Shown: piece after piece, positions 39,135 to 49,461 of the stretch
How the letters are laid out: every line of letters begins with the position of its first letter
Numbering within the stretch: position 1 is the stretch's first letter
Source: Muricoprocola sp.
GTDB taxonomy: Bacteria; Bacillota; Clostridia; Lachnospirales; Lachnospiraceae
Direction of reading: 5' to 3'
DNA: 64,000 bases
NCBI GenBank assembly: GCA_051879475.1
Contig: JBJEMC010000013.1
Span: forward strand, 271-64,270
Notes under the pieces: model-generated
The model's database searches: none
What the model saw: the letters and a program-made list of their open reading frames with translations, nothing else
What the model was told of the DNA's origin: nothing
Made by a program: the position numbers and the translations under genes

Positions 39135-41261
39135 TTATTTTACTTTTTTAAAATATTTATCTTTCAGAACTATGCGATCCTCCTCGTCATATCTTTTGCC
39201 GGATACTGTAGAAACCAGCTTTCCAATACTGAATTTCTCTGCCTTTTTGATAACCTTATCCATAATTTCTTTTACATCAAGAATTACCGCAGGCTGTTCC
39301 GGTGTCTGAAGATCACCAATCTTCTCATACAATGCAGCAACACCTGATTCATCCAGTACGCTGTCATTCTGAAGTGCATAATACTTACCAAACTCTACCA
39401 GTTCATCGTTTGTAAGCATCGGCACATTAATAGTAATATCAAACTTCTGCGCAAACTCAGGGCTTCTTGCCAGCAGTTCCTGAAGGTATCTTCTTTCATC
39501 TTCAAGAACGATGACAAGACTGTCTGTCTTAAAGCTCATGGCCATGGACAAACTTGCAATGGCAGCATCACTGAGGTCTCCGGCTTCTTCAATGATCAGA
39601 ACTCCACCGGCAATCTTATTCACCGTCGCTGCAATATCTTTGTTATTCAGATCCTCGGCATATATCTTTGCAACTTTTACAGTCTGTCCGCCTTTGCATC
39701 TGCAAACAATCTTTGCAAGGGCAATTGCAAGCGTTGTTCTTCCATTTCCTGCATCGCCAACCAGAATTACATTTCCTCTGGCAGAAGTCTTGTCTGTAAG
39801 AGCAGATCTCATGATCTGTGTCACTGCAGCATTTACCTGCTCACTGATACCGCGAATCGTCCCCCAGAATCCTAACATCATCTTTTCTTTTCCATCCAGG
39901 CCATCTCTGGTATAACTCATCGGATTTACTTTTTTTCTTTCAGCCGGAACTTCTTCCCCTGTTTCTTTGACAGGTTCCTCGACCTTTCTTTCCTCTGCGG
40001 CTCTGGCAGAAGCGTATTCTCTCAGATTGCGGTCTCCGATTTCTTTCTTAATGGTATCAGACAGATTAATGGTAGCAGCTGTAAGAATATCCTGCTCTTT
40101 TTCTGTTTCCTGCTGCGTATCTGTTTCTTTCTCTTCTTCCACAGGTTCATCCAGAATTTCTTCTTCCTGAATCATTTCAGAAGGAAGTTCCTCAGATATC
40201 TCTTCTTTTTCCGTATCACCTGTTAAGATGTCATCTATCGTAATCTGATTCGCACCCTTCACCGGAACTGCTTCCTCAGGTAATCTGGTTTTTTCCTCAA
40301 CTTCTTTTTTCATCTGCATATAGAAAGGAATATTCTCTAATTCTTCTACCTGTGGTGCAGACTTAATTCCCGCCAGAATCTCTCTCATACTGCTGGCCAG
40401 TTCATTCTGAAGCTCAACGGTATTAAATTTCTTTTCTGCCGCCTGTTTCTGCTCAGAAGTTTTTGCTGCTTCCTGCTGGCTTTCTTCTTTATGTTCAATT
40501 ACAGATGCGGCGATTTCCTTCTCTGTATTCATCAAAATGCTGTCTGTGATCACTTCTTTCTCAGACTTTGGCATTTCTTTCATAATCTCTTCGTCAAGGG
40601 TCGGAACCGCTTTTTCTATTACTTCTTCCTTCGTCTCCATGTCAATGATTTCACTTGGATTCTCATAGATTGTCTGCTGTTCCGGGGTCAAAGGAACATA
40701 CTTCTTTTTCAGTTCCAGGGCTCCTACTACATATTTGCCGCTGTGGAACCATAAAGCAATATCATCACACTCTGCCACACACTTATCAGCCATGCCAGCT
40801 TCATCATACAGCTTAGCCAGCTCATACGCCCATTGCTCTGTGTACTCTTTACTCTTTAATTCCTCTAAAACACTAATCTGTTCTTCTACAGAAGAGCCTC
40901 TTCCTCTGTAGATCTCATATTTTAAAATATATTTATTATTGTCATTGGGAGCGAGGTTCACATACTCTGTGTAGTACTCTACCGCATCGTCAAATTCCTG
41001 ATTTAAAATGCACGCTTCCACAAGACGGAATAAAATCTGACGACTGTTCGGAGAGCGTCTGTAAGCGCGGTATAATATCGCTTTACTGTCTTCCACTCTT
41101 CCAACCGCTTCATACAGTTCACTCACCATACACAAAGTACGAACACTTCTCACGCGTTTCCACTCTATGGTATCAACTAAACTAACAGCCTCTTCATACT
41201 CTTTTTTCTCAACCAGTTTATTAATCTCTTCCAGCTTTGCCTGGTATTCGTATTTATCCAC
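39135..41261 (-). CDS. TPR-repeat protein with a degenerate C-terminal AAA+-like domain
   Basis: N-terminal TPR-like helices, acidic linker, GDAGNGRTT and VLIIEEAG. Start set at the GTG after GAGGTG. Confidence 0.7.
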   Translation of the reverse strand: MDKYEYQAKLEEINKLVEKKEYEEAVSLVDTIEWKRVRSVRTLCMVSELYEAVGRVEDSKAILYRAYRRSPNSRQILFRLVEACILNQEFDDAVEYYTEYVNLAPNDNNKYILKYEIYRGRGSSVEEQISVLEELKSKEYTEQWAYELAKLYDEAGMADKCVAECDDIALWFHSGKYVVGALELKKKYVPLTPEQQTIYENPSEIIDMETKEEVIEKAVPTLDEEIMKEMPKSEKEVITDSILMNTEKEIAASVIEHKEESQQEAAKTSEQKQAAEKKFNTVELQNELASSMREILAGIKSAPQVEELENIPFYMQMKKEVEEKTRLPEEAVPVKGANQITIDDILTGDTEKEEISEELPSEMIQEEEILDEPVEEEKETDTQQETEKEQDILTAATINLSDTIKKEIGDRNLREYASARAAEERKVEEPVKETGEEVPAERKKVNPMSYTRDGLDGKEKMMLGFWGTIRGISEQVNAAVTQIMRSALTDKTSARGNVILVGDAGNGRTTLAIALAKIVCRCKGGQTVKVAKIYAEDLNNKDIAATVNKIAGGVLIIEEAGDLSDAAIASLSMAMSFKTDSLVIVLEDERRYLQELLARSPEFAQKFDITINVPMLTNDELVEFGKYYALQNDSVLDESGVAALYEKIGDLQTPEQPAVILDVKEIMDKVIKKAEKFSIGKLVSTVSGKRYDEEDRIVLKDKYFKKVK

Positions 41262-41403
41262 GCTTGTACACCTCATAAAAAAATTTCATGCCTGCAATTA
41301 TCTGGCACATTACTATTAAACATACTTTTATTAAGTTTAGCATACTGGCTTTTTCTTGTCAAAGGAAAGTATATAGATACCTTCCATATAAATCCCGTTT
41401 TTT

Positions 41404-41530
41404 AAAAGGGTATGAAAACATAGCGTTTTCATACCCTTTTATAGTTTACGCGAGCAATGAGGAAAAGTCCGTGCTCGCACGAGACCTTGACGAATGCCGC
41501 GATAACTTGAGAAGCATGCTTCTCAAGTTA
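41404..41530. repeat. Cluster of hairpins (terminator or REP-like)
   Basis: AAAAGGGTATGAAAAC/GTTTTCATACCCTTTT and ATAACTTGAGAAGCATGCTTCTCAAGTTAT palindromes. Confidence 0.6.
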
Positions 41531-44500
41531 TTTACGACGTTTTTTTCTGATGATCACCACTCCCACAAGTGCTGCCAGTGCTACGATCAGTAAGACTACA
41601 TATAAGATAATATTTGTTGAATCTCCTGTCGGTGTCGTTCCACTTCCTGCTGCAGCTGCTGCGGCCGATTCATAAGAGCCACCCTCTCCATACTGACTGT
41701 TATAAGAGTTCTCCAGTTCAGATGAACTTGCATTTGTATAGGAACCACTGCTGAGATTCTGATACGTATGATTGATCTCTGCCACCAAAGATGCACCAGG
41801 ATTCAGATTCAGTTTTTCATTTAATGGATACGAGATACTGTAATTACCATTTCCGCTTATGAGCTTTCCACTGGAATCACACTCTCCTACCCAATAGGTT
41901 CCGGAGGGCAGGTTATTAAACACTGCCTTTGCATCTACATTATCTCCTGTCATCAGCAGCGCAACAGGACTGCTCTGGTATTTCTGAGTCTTTCCTGCAT
42001 CAAGATATAACATACAATAGTAAGTGCCTTTTTTCTTGATGTAACTTGAACCATTCTTTTCCCTTAAGGTAACGGTGATTTTTCCGCTTGCTACTCTGGT
42101 TTCTGCGGTACACAACTTTTTCGCACCGGTAGTATTAGTTGTAATTTTTCCACTTCCCCATTTATCATATCCCTTTGGAGCAGTGACTTCTTCCAAGGTA
42201 TATTCTGTACCGGCTGCCAGTTTTCCTTCAATCAGATGTTCCTCTTTCGTACTTGTCCATTTGTCTACCACGTTACCACTGGCATCCTTTAATACAAGCT
42301 GTGCTCCTGACAGAGCTACTCTGTTCTTATATTGATAACTTTTGCCATCAGCGCTCTTTGTACGACTGTCATATCCTTTTCTGGAAACTGCAAGTTTTAC
42401 CGTATCATTCTTGATTGTGTAAGATGCACTGCCTTTTGTGGTGCTGAGGTTCATGGTACTTACTGCCTTATTGACAATGTAGCCAGTTGCAGCTCCAGTC
42501 TGGGTTATGGTGTATGTGCCAGGTTCCAACTGACCGGTAATGGTTTTTGTTCCATTTTCGGATGTCACATTCAGAGTTGTACCGCCGCCCTGAATCTGAA
42601 TCGTAGCTCCTGCTACAGGCTTATCATAATTGGATGATGTCTTGGAACCATCCAAAACCGTCACACTTACTTTTGTCGGAACATTAGAAAATGTCAGGGA
42701 ATGGCGTTCTTTCTTTCCTGTAATCGTAATTGTCTGGCTTGTTCCCACCTGAATATGGTATTTTGCTCTGGTGGACTGGATAACCTTGTACTTATGACCT
42801 CTCTCGATCACTCCGGGAACGAGTGCTTCCCCGTCTTTGCATACAACAGTTCTCTTTTCCCCTGTAGTCACATCTGTTACAGAATACTCCAGCGGATCAG
42901 TGATTGCACTCTTTGTTTCACTGTCAACAGGATAAATTGCCAGCTTGATTGCTGTCAAAGAAAACTTCTTTGTTACAGTTTCATTGGAAGCCGGGATGGT
43001 AAAAGATGCCGTTTCCTTACTTGGTATCATATACGTTAACGGAACAGTGTCTTCCACCAGTTCATAGGTATATTTTCCTGCTGGAAGGCCTTTGACGATG
43101 CCATTCTTCGGAATATCCTTACCGAAGATGTCAATGTCGTCTTTATATATACGGAAGGAACATCCAACCGTTTCACCGCTTTCCTTATCTTCTGCAGATA
43201 CCGCGGTGCTGGTGTGGATATTTTTAATTGTAAGATTCAGATTTCCGGAATACGCCGTCACAAAAGGTGTCAGGACTTCCTGTGGTGCTGCCTTCTCAGC
43301 GTCTTCCTCTGTTTTCAGATAGCTGGAATAAAATTCCGCTTTTCCTTTGAGCATACCGGTTTCTGCATCTATATAATTACCGCCTGCATTGATCTCATAT
43401 GTAGGTTCTGTTTCTGCAGATGTTTTCTCAGGGAGTCCGGTTACAGTCACCATAACTTCCTTTGTTCCTATGGTCAGAGGAATGGTCAGTGTCTTCTTGT
43501 CAGAAGAAATATTCAAGGATGAACCAGTCAACGTAACAGGATCCTTGGTTCCAACTACTGCCGTAATCTGGCCCGCATCCAGCTTCACATCCTCATCTTT
43601 TACTTTGATTACCAGGGAACAGGCTTCACTCTCCTCTGTGGAACTGATCATAAACTTCATTTTAGAATCAGATACATCGTTCGCTGCATCATCTGCTATC
43701 ACAGGCTCTGTCTCGATCTCCAGTTCTTCTGCCAGAACTTCCGTATCCATTTCTTCCGCTTCTGTATCTTCCCCCGTCTGTTCTTTCTGTTCAGGCTCTG
43801 TTTCTTCCGGAATCTGCAATGTCTCTGTGATCCATTCCACTTCTTCTGTGAGCTGTTCTTCCCGCTCAGTCTCTGCTTCAGTCTGTACCGCCTGAGTCTC
43901 AGCCTCTTCTTCCTTCTCTGCAGCTACGCCGATCGCAAAGTTGGAGAAACCGTCTGTCTTAAATGTAACGCTGGAAACTCCGCTTCCTGAAGATTCTGCT
44001 TCTGCTTTGCATTCCACCAGGGTATCCGTGTCAAAGTCTTCTTCGGAAAGTTTCCCGGACAAGCTGCTTTTTACAGTATCTGATATATGATATACTTTCA
44101 AATCTCCATCAGAAAAACTGTCTGCAAATGCAGGAGAATTAAATTCTACTTTTACAGAGATATCTGATTCTTCTCTTTTTTCAACCTCGTCTTCCTCACC
44201 GTCAGACTCAAAATGGATGTCAAGGATCTTCATCTCCTCCAGGGTTTCTGTATCCAGCTTCCTGTTGACCTGCGTCAGAAGTTGCTCTGCCCATTCTTCT
44301 GTATCATCCACTTCTTTTACTGTCAGCTTGCCAAGTTCTGAAGTATCTGCATCTTTCGGAAACTCAACTGTGACAGTATAACCATCTTTTTCTGCTGTGA
44401 ATACCAGCTTTTCTGTCTCCGTTTCTTTTTCTTTCTCCTTTTTCTCAGAAGTCTGCGCAGCCTCCACTTTCTTTTCTGTCACCGGAGCTTCTGTTTCCAG

Positions 44501-44764
44501 GGCTGGTGCCTCGGTCTCTGGGGCCAGTTTCTCCGTTTCCGGTACCTGTACCTCAGTCTCCGGTGCTTGCGTTTCCGGGGCCGGTGCCTCGGTCTCTGGG
44601 GCTTGAGTCTCGGTCTCAGTTGCCTTTGTTTCCGCCTCCATAGCTGCCTCTTCTGAGACTGTATTTCCTTCCTCTGCCAAAGCAGGGATATTTACACTTG
44701 TGAATAGTAAAGATGTCGAAAGCAATGCTGCCGCTATCTTTTTAATCTGTTTCTTCACGTTCAT
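41528..44764 (-). CDS. Sortase-anchored cell-surface protein with SpaA/Cna-B-like domains
   Basis: Signal peptide, PETEA/PETQA repeats, YTLEEVTAPKGY E-box-like motif, TPTGD followed by a TM segment and basic tail. Confidence 0.82.
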   Translation of the reverse strand: MNVKKQIKKIAAALLSTSLLFTSVNIPALAEEGNTVSEEAAMEAETKATETETQAPETEAPAPETQAPETEVQVPETEKLAPETEAPALETEAPVTEKKVEAAQTSEKKEKEKETETEKLVFTAEKDGYTVTVEFPKDADTSELGKLTVKEVDDTEEWAEQLLTQVNRKLDTETLEEMKILDIHFESDGEEDEVEKREESDISVKVEFNSPAFADSFSDGDLKVYHISDTVKSSLSGKLSEEDFDTDTLVECKAEAESSGSGVSSVTFKTDGFSNFAIGVAAEKEEEAETQAVQTEAETEREEQLTEEVEWITETLQIPEETEPEQKEQTGEDTEAEEMDTEVLAEELEIETEPVIADDAANDVSDSKMKFMISSTEESEACSLVIKVKDEDVKLDAGQITAVVGTKDPVTLTGSSLNISSDKKTLTIPLTIGTKEVMVTVTGLPEKTSAETEPTYEINAGGNYIDAETGMLKGKAEFYSSYLKTEEDAEKAAPQEVLTPFVTAYSGNLNLTIKNIHTSTAVSAEDKESGETVGCSFRIYKDDIDIFGKDIPKNGIVKGLPAGKYTYELVEDTVPLTYMIPSKETASFTIPASNETVTKKFSLTAIKLAIYPVDSETKSAITDPLEYSVTDVTTGEKRTVVCKDGEALVPGVIERGHKYKVIQSTRAKYHIQVGTSQTITITGKKERHSLTFSNVPTKVSVTVLDGSKTSSNYDKPVAGATIQIQGGGTTLNVTSENGTKTITGQLEPGTYTITQTGAATGYIVNKAVSTMNLSTTKGSASYTIKNDTVKLAVSRKGYDSRTKSADGKSYQYKNRVALSGAQLVLKDASGNVVDKWTSTKEEHLIEGKLAAGTEYTLEEVTAPKGYDKWGSGKITTNTTGAKKLCTAETRVASGKITVTLREKNGSSYIKKKGTYYCMLYLDAGKTQKYQSSPVALLMTGDNVDAKAVFNNLPSGTYWVGECDSSGKLISGNGNYSISYPLNEKLNLNPGASLVAEINHTYQNLSSGSYTNASSSELENSYNSQYGEGGSYESAAAAAAGSGTTPTGDSTNIILYVVLLIVALAALVGVVIIRKKRRK

Positions 44765-44927
44765 CCCTCCGTCTCTAGTTTTTTTCATGGACTAAGTATA
44801 CCACGTCTTATCTGAATTGCAAACTTCCAATATCATGAATTTTTTCTTAAATACCAATCTTATATCTTGTTTTTTCATTAAAAAGGTGATATAAAGGATG
44901 CAATCTTTAAAGGAGTGATATTTTTAT

Positions 44928-45620
44928 ATGATATTCTGGAAAAATTTATGGTCACGTTACAGGCATTTTCTTCCGGTAGTCCTCTATATGGTTTTCTATA
45001 TGGCTGTTTTTGCTTATGTAGAGAACAGACCGGCCTATCATATGCACCTGCTGACCTCGAAGTTTGATAAACTCATTCCATTTTGTGAAGTCTTTATCAT
45101 CCCTTATATACTGTGGTTCTTTTATATTTCCTTAGGAGTGCTGTTCTTTGGATTGATCGAAGAAGACCGCAGTCAGTATTATTCACTGATTATGAATCTT
45201 TTTATCGGAATGACACTGTTTCTGATCATTTCACTGATCTGGCCAAACGGTCATACCCTCAGACCTGCTGTATTTCCAAGAGAGAATATCTTCACCTCTC
45301 TGGTAACAATGATTTATAAAGCGGATACTTCCACAAATATTTTCCCAAGTATCCATGTTTTTAATTCCATTGCCATGCATACAGCCGTAGTTCATTCCAA
45401 GACCTTGAAGAAACACCCGCTTGTTGTAAAGGGTTCTCTGGTTTTATGTGTATCGATTGTACTTTCTACCATGTTTTTGAAACAGCATACGCTGATTGAC
45501 GTGGTAGGTGCCATGCTTTTCAACCTGATCACATGGTATCTTATTTATCAGCCAAAGAAATCTTTGCAGACCTTACCACGACGTACTCGTACGAATCGTA
45601 AGTTAGGGCATGAATTTTGA
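44928..45620 (+). CDS. PAP2-family membrane phosphoesterase
   Basis: NIFPSIHV and STMFLKQHTLIDV motifs. Confidence 0.85.
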   Translation: MIFWKNLWSRYRHFLPVVLYMVFYMAVFAYVENRPAYHMHLLTSKFDKLIPFCEVFIIPYILWFFYISLGVLFFGLIEEDRSQYYSLIMNLFIGMTLFLIISLIWPNGHTLRPAVFPRENIFTSLVTMIYKADTSTNIFPSIHVFNSIAMHTAVVHSKTLKKHPLVVKGSLVLCVSIVLSTMFLKQHTLIDVVGAMLFNLITWYLIYQPKKSLQTLPRRTRTNRKLGHEF

Positions 45621-45636
45621 GCTTCATACATGAAGT

Positions 45637-45691
45637 AACAAACAGGCAGCAGAAGTGCATTTATCGCGACTATCTGCTGCCTGTTTGTTAT
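45637..45691. terminator. Bidirectional terminator
   Basis: TAACAAACAGGCAGCAGA...TCTGCTGCCTGTTTGTTA between convergent genes. Confidence 0.75.
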
Positions 45692-45864
45692 TTCAGTAGT
45701 TTTTTTACAAGTTTTTTGGCCTTTTTTTTACATTTTCCACATCCCTTGCTGACTTTCGTGGCTTTTTTTACTTCTTTAAAAGAAGTGGCACCATTCTCTA
45801 TGGCCTGAATGATGTCTCCTTTTGTGACATGATAGCAAGGGCAGATTTCTTTCTCCGGGTTCAT
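45688..45864 (-). CDS. BFD-like [2Fe-2S]-binding protein
   Basis: ICPCYHVT...GCGKC; true start is probably the ATG at 45864, just after the ferritin stop. Confidence 0.8.
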   Translation of the reverse strand: MNPEKEICPCYHVTKGDIIQAIENGATSFKEVKKATKVSKGCGKCKKKAKKLVKKLLK

Positions 45865-45865
45865 A

Positions 45866-46378
45866 TTACAGTACCAGGGATGGTGCAGAATATACACGGC
45901 TGCCAAGTTCGTTGTCCAGCATATAGAGACTCTTTGGATCATCTCCAAACAATTCATACTTCTTTACCAGATTATCTGCATTTGTTTCTTCTTCGCCCTG
46001 TTCTTTTACGAACCAGTCAAGGAACTGCATGGTACGGAAATCTTTTACGGAATAAGCCGCATCATAGATGTTATGGATCAGGCTTGTTACATACTGTTCA
46101 TGCTTTAATCCTTCAGCAAGAACGGCTTTTGCGCTGGTCAGTTCTACACCTGGTTTTTCGATGGCTTCCAGAACAATCTTCTCGCCGTTATTCTGTAAAT
46201 ACTGGATGAATAACATTGCGTGGTCGCGTTCTTCCTGGGCCTGGATCTTATACCAGTTTCCAAATCCGTCTAATCCCTGATCATAATAATAGTTGGAAAA
46301 ATCAAGATATAAATATGCGGAATAAAATTCCTTGTTTACCTGCTGGTTTAACAGTTCTACCACTTTTTTGTCTAACAT
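45866..46378 (-). CDS. ftnA: Non-heme ferritin
   Basis: KEFYSAYLY, QAQEERDHA and FLDWFVKEQGEEE ferroxidase motifs. Confidence 0.92.
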   Translation of the reverse strand: MLDKKVVELLNQQVNKEFYSAYLYLDFSNYYYDQGLDGFGNWYKIQAQEERDHAMLFIQYLQNNGEKIVLEAIEKPGVELTSAKAVLAEGLKHEQYVTSLIHNIYDAAYSVKDFRTMQFLDWFVKEQGEEETNADNLVKKYELFGDDPKSLYMLDNELGSRVYSAPSLVL

Positions 46379-46419
46379 ATCTCTACTCCTTTTTGCCCCT
46401 TATGAACAAAGCATTTTAT

Positions 46420-46453
46420 GCTATAATTATAGCCTTTGAAAAAAATCTGTCAA
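46420..46453 (-). promoter_or_regulatory. Consensus sigma-A promoter of ferritin with an overlapping palindrome
   Basis: TTGACA (46453-46448), 16-nt spacer, TATAAT (46431-46426); palindrome GCTATAATTATAGC at 46420-46433. Confidence 0.7.
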
Positions 46454-46475
46454 TGTTAAAAATAATTATGATTTT

Positions 46476-46608
46476 GTTACTGTTCACGTGCGTTCCAGTA
46501 ACGATAAAAAAGCCATGCAAAATCACCTTCGGTGATGGCTTTTTCATTGCAGACCTCGGGTTTTGCCAAGCAAAACACCTCGCGGAACAGTGGCACCTGA
46601 ACTGTAAC
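46476..46608. repeat. Long REP/MITE-like element with terminal inverted repeats
   Basis: GTTACTGTTCA...TGAACTGTAAC ends with internal hairpins. Confidence 0.8.
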
Positions 46609-46648
46609 ATGATTTTCTATTTTATAGATACCAGAATAGTAATCTATC

Positions 46649-47887
46649 CTATCTTGCAATTCTCTTTTTCTTCTCTTTTTTCCTGTCCGTTTCTTTTATC
46701 GTCTCCTCATCTTCCGGCATAAGATCGAGTCTTCCGTTTCTTTTTAATCCCCTTCTGATCAGTTTTTTAGCCAGATCATAGATAACGGCAAATACCGGTA
46801 CTCCTACCAGAATTCCTATAAATCCAAAGATTCCGCCAAATAATGTGATGGAAAATAATACCCAGAATCCGGACAGACCAACGCTTCCGGCTAACAGCTT
46901 CGGTCCGAGCACGTTTCCATCGATCTGCTGAAGGATCAAAATAAAAATGACGAATATCAGAGCATTTACAGGATCAGCCATTAAAATCAGCAACGTACAG
47001 GGCACCGCACCGATAAAGGGCCCAAAATATGGAATGACATTGGTAACTCCTATGATCAGACTGATAAGGACGATATTGCTCATTCCCCTGGTAATCACCA
47101 TGACACAGCAAAATGCATAACAGATCAGACCTACAATTGCACTGTCCAGAATCTTTCCGCTTAAGAATCCATCAAAAGTCTTATCAACAAAAAGGATTTC
47201 ATCCATAATCTTATCTGCATGATGTGGTTTAAAGATGGCATACAAAACTGCTTTTGACTGTTTGGCAAACTTTTTCCTTGCGCACAGAGCATATACACAG
47301 ATAATCACTCCAATGACAATGTTGTATAGCACATCCAGAATGGCATAAATTGTGGTGGTAAATCCTCCCATCATGTCCTGAAGCATGGGGATAAAATCTG
47401 TTTTTGACCACGCAGCGATCTTATCGATGAGATCCATAACAAATGGACGGACATAGTTTTGCATTACACCATCTTCATTCAGGTATTCCTGAATAAAATC
47501 AAAAAATTTTCTGCTCTGTCCCGGCAGTGTATTGGCCAGAGTAATGATACTGTCTATCACTTGCGGAATAACCATCCTGAGCAGCGTATAGATCACATAA
47601 AATGCGATTACCATAACAATCAGCACTGACAGTCCCCGCGTATGCTTTTTATACTTCTCTGGAAGATACCGTTCCAGATGCCTGTCAAAAAAATTACATG
47701 GCGTTTTCAAAAGGTATGCCATGACAGCTCCATATATAAACGGAGTTAATATCACCTGAAATCTCTCAAAGCCCCTTTTGATGGAAGAAAAACGAAGCAG
47801 TATAAAATAAAATGCAATCGCCATGGCCAGTGGCACAAAGACCTGCAGCACCTGATACATAAATTTTTCAAATTTCTCTCTGTCCAT
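46649..47887 (-). CDS. AI-2E family transporter
   Basis: TNVIPYFGPFIGA, QQIDGNVLGPK and GILVGVP motifs. Confidence 0.9.
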   Translation of the reverse strand: MDREKFEKFMYQVLQVFVPLAMAIAFYFILLRFSSIKRGFERFQVILTPFIYGAVMAYLLKTPCNFFDRHLERYLPEKYKKHTRGLSVLIVMVIAFYVIYTLLRMVIPQVIDSIITLANTLPGQSRKFFDFIQEYLNEDGVMQNYVRPFVMDLIDKIAAWSKTDFIPMLQDMMGGFTTTIYAILDVLYNIVIGVIICVYALCARKKFAKQSKAVLYAIFKPHHADKIMDEILFVDKTFDGFLSGKILDSAIVGLICYAFCCVMVITRGMSNIVLISLIIGVTNVIPYFGPFIGAVPCTLLILMADPVNALIFVIFILILQQIDGNVLGPKLLAGSVGLSGFWVLFSITLFGGIFGFIGILVGVPVFAVIYDLAKKLIRRGLKRNGRLDLMPEDEETIKETDRKKEKKKRIAR

Positions 47888-47897
47888 TTCTCTCCTT

Positions 47898-47940
47898 GTT
47901 ACAGTTCACGTGCGTTCCAGTGTGACACCTGAACTATAAC
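47898..47940. repeat. REP/MITE-like element
   Basis: GTTACAGTTCACGTGCGTTCCAGTG...CCTGAACTATAAC. Confidence 0.8.
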
Positions 47941-47968
47941 CTCTCCTTTCTTAATAGAAAGACTTATA

Positions 47969-48220
47969 CTAACCCTGCAGTCCTCTGGACTGTCTGTCCA
48001 TATCTTCTACTACAATATCATAAATCTCACCCAGAGATGCTGCATATTCCAGTAGTTTCCATGGTTCATTGGTATGGAAATGGATTTTGATCAGTTCCTC
48101 ATCTCCTACAGCAAGAAGACAGTCACCTTTAAAATTTTCTGTGATATAATCCCCAATCTCATCCTCATCCAGGTTCTCTCCTTCAATTAATAACTGTGTA
48201 TCATATTTAAATTCTAACAC
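47969..48220 (-). CDS. Small protein resembling the middle domain of DAK2/FakA
   Basis: YDTQLLI...GDCLLAVGDEELIKIHFHTNEP...EDMDRQ. Confidence 0.7.
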   Translation of the reverse strand: MLEFKYDTQLLIEGENLDEDEIGDYITENFKGDCLLAVGDEELIKIHFHTNEPWKLLEYAASLGEIYDIVVEDMDRQSRGLQG

Positions 48221-48337
48221 TTTCTTTTCCTCTCTTTCTTATATAATTATTCATAACTATTCAGCATTACATTCGCAAAATCGCTGCTGCGCAATTTCAT
48301 TTCCATTATACTTAATTATATCCACAAATGCAACCCG

Positions 48338-49447
48338 TTACTGTTCACGTACGTTCCGCAATAAGTTCTTTTCCTCAGCCACCTCACGCAGCTGTCTGTT
48401 TTTTTCATTCATTGGGCCAAATTCCTGCAGAGGGCAAAGCACAGTTTTGCATGTCAGCATACTTTGCATGGCTTTTTCAAAAGCATCCTCTCCCATCTCC
48501 TGATATGCTTTTTCAGAAATCACTTCCTGCGCCAGAGCCATAGCCACAGGATAATCCACATCATTCTCGGGAAGAATACCGGCTGCAAAAGGAATCCCTT
48601 TTCTCTGGAGCTGCCTGTATATCGGAATGCCGCTTCCATTTCCTCCGATCACAAACACTTCCGGCTTACCTCTTGCCGGTTCCATCTCCAAACATCCAAA
48701 CTCTGCATTATAGCTTCCCTTTGTGACACCGTATAACTGCATCACATAATCCGATGTAAAGATTTCCTCAGGCACGCCAAATCTCTCGATCTTGTTTCCA
48801 TGCACACATACCACAATATCTGAAATCTTCTGAGCCAGATCCAGTTCATGCAGGGACATGATCACCGCCACATTCTTTTCCATGACCATATTCTTCAGGA
48901 TTGTCAGCAGTTCCAGTTTATGGCGAATGTCCAGGAAAGAAGTCGGCTCGTCCAGGACGATGATCTCCGGTTCCTGACAGATTGCCCTGGCAAGAAGAAT
49001 CCTCTGCCTCTGTCCATCACTGATCTCGGAAAAATCCGCATCTGCCAGTTCCAGAGCATGCACCAGCTCCATGGCTTCCTTTACTTTTTTTCTGTCTTCC
49101 TCAGAGAGGATACCCAGACGCCCTGTATATGGATAGCGACCTGTACTGACTACATCCTCACAGGTCATGAGCTCCGGCCTTAGCCTCTCCGTCATCACTA
49201 CAGAGAGCTTCTGAGCCACTTCTTTATTCGACATCTTTGCCATGGACTTCTGCTCTATATACACAGTACCGCCCACTAATTCCAGCTGCCGGATCATACT
49301 TTTTAATATCGTAGATTTTCCTGCGCCGTTGGGACCGATCAACGTCAATATCTGTCCTCTTTTCAGTTTGATCTCAATATCTTTGATCAGTGGTTTTCCC
49401 TTATACCCCACTGCCATCTTATCCGTATAAATATAATACTCATTCAT
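48338..49447 (-). CDS. Cobalamin/iron-chelate ABC transporter ATP-binding protein
   Basis: GPNGAGKS, ISDGQRQR, LDEPT and MSLHELDLA motifs; the last codons fall in a REP copy. Confidence 0.9.
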   Translation of the reverse strand: MNEYYIYTDKMAVGYKGKPLIKDIEIKLKRGQILTLIGPNGAGKSTILKSMIRQLELVGGTVYIEQKSMAKMSNKEVAQKLSVVMTERLRPELMTCEDVVSTGRYPYTGRLGILSEEDRKKVKEAMELVHALELADADFSEISDGQRQRILLARAICQEPEIIVLDEPTSFLDIRHKLELLTILKNMVMEKNVAVIMSLHELDLAQKISDIVVCVHGNKIERFGVPEEIFTSDYVMQLYGVTKGSYNAEFGCLEMEPARGKPEVFVIGGNGSGIPIYRQLQRKGIPFAAGILPENDVDYPVAMALAQEVISEKAYQEMGEDAFEKAMQSMLTCKTVLCPLQEFGPMNEKNRQLREVAEEKNLLRNVREQ

Positions 49448-49461
49448 CTTTGTGCTGCCCC

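Noticed and set aside
44480-44630. Repetitive DNA in the surface protein gene
   Set aside because: It is explained by coding PETEA/PETQA linker repeats, which are common in wall-anchored proteins.
46216-46722. ORFs 46216..46722, 46416..46610 and 46477..46659
   Set aside because: They are translations of the MITE-like repeat and the ferritin promoter region.
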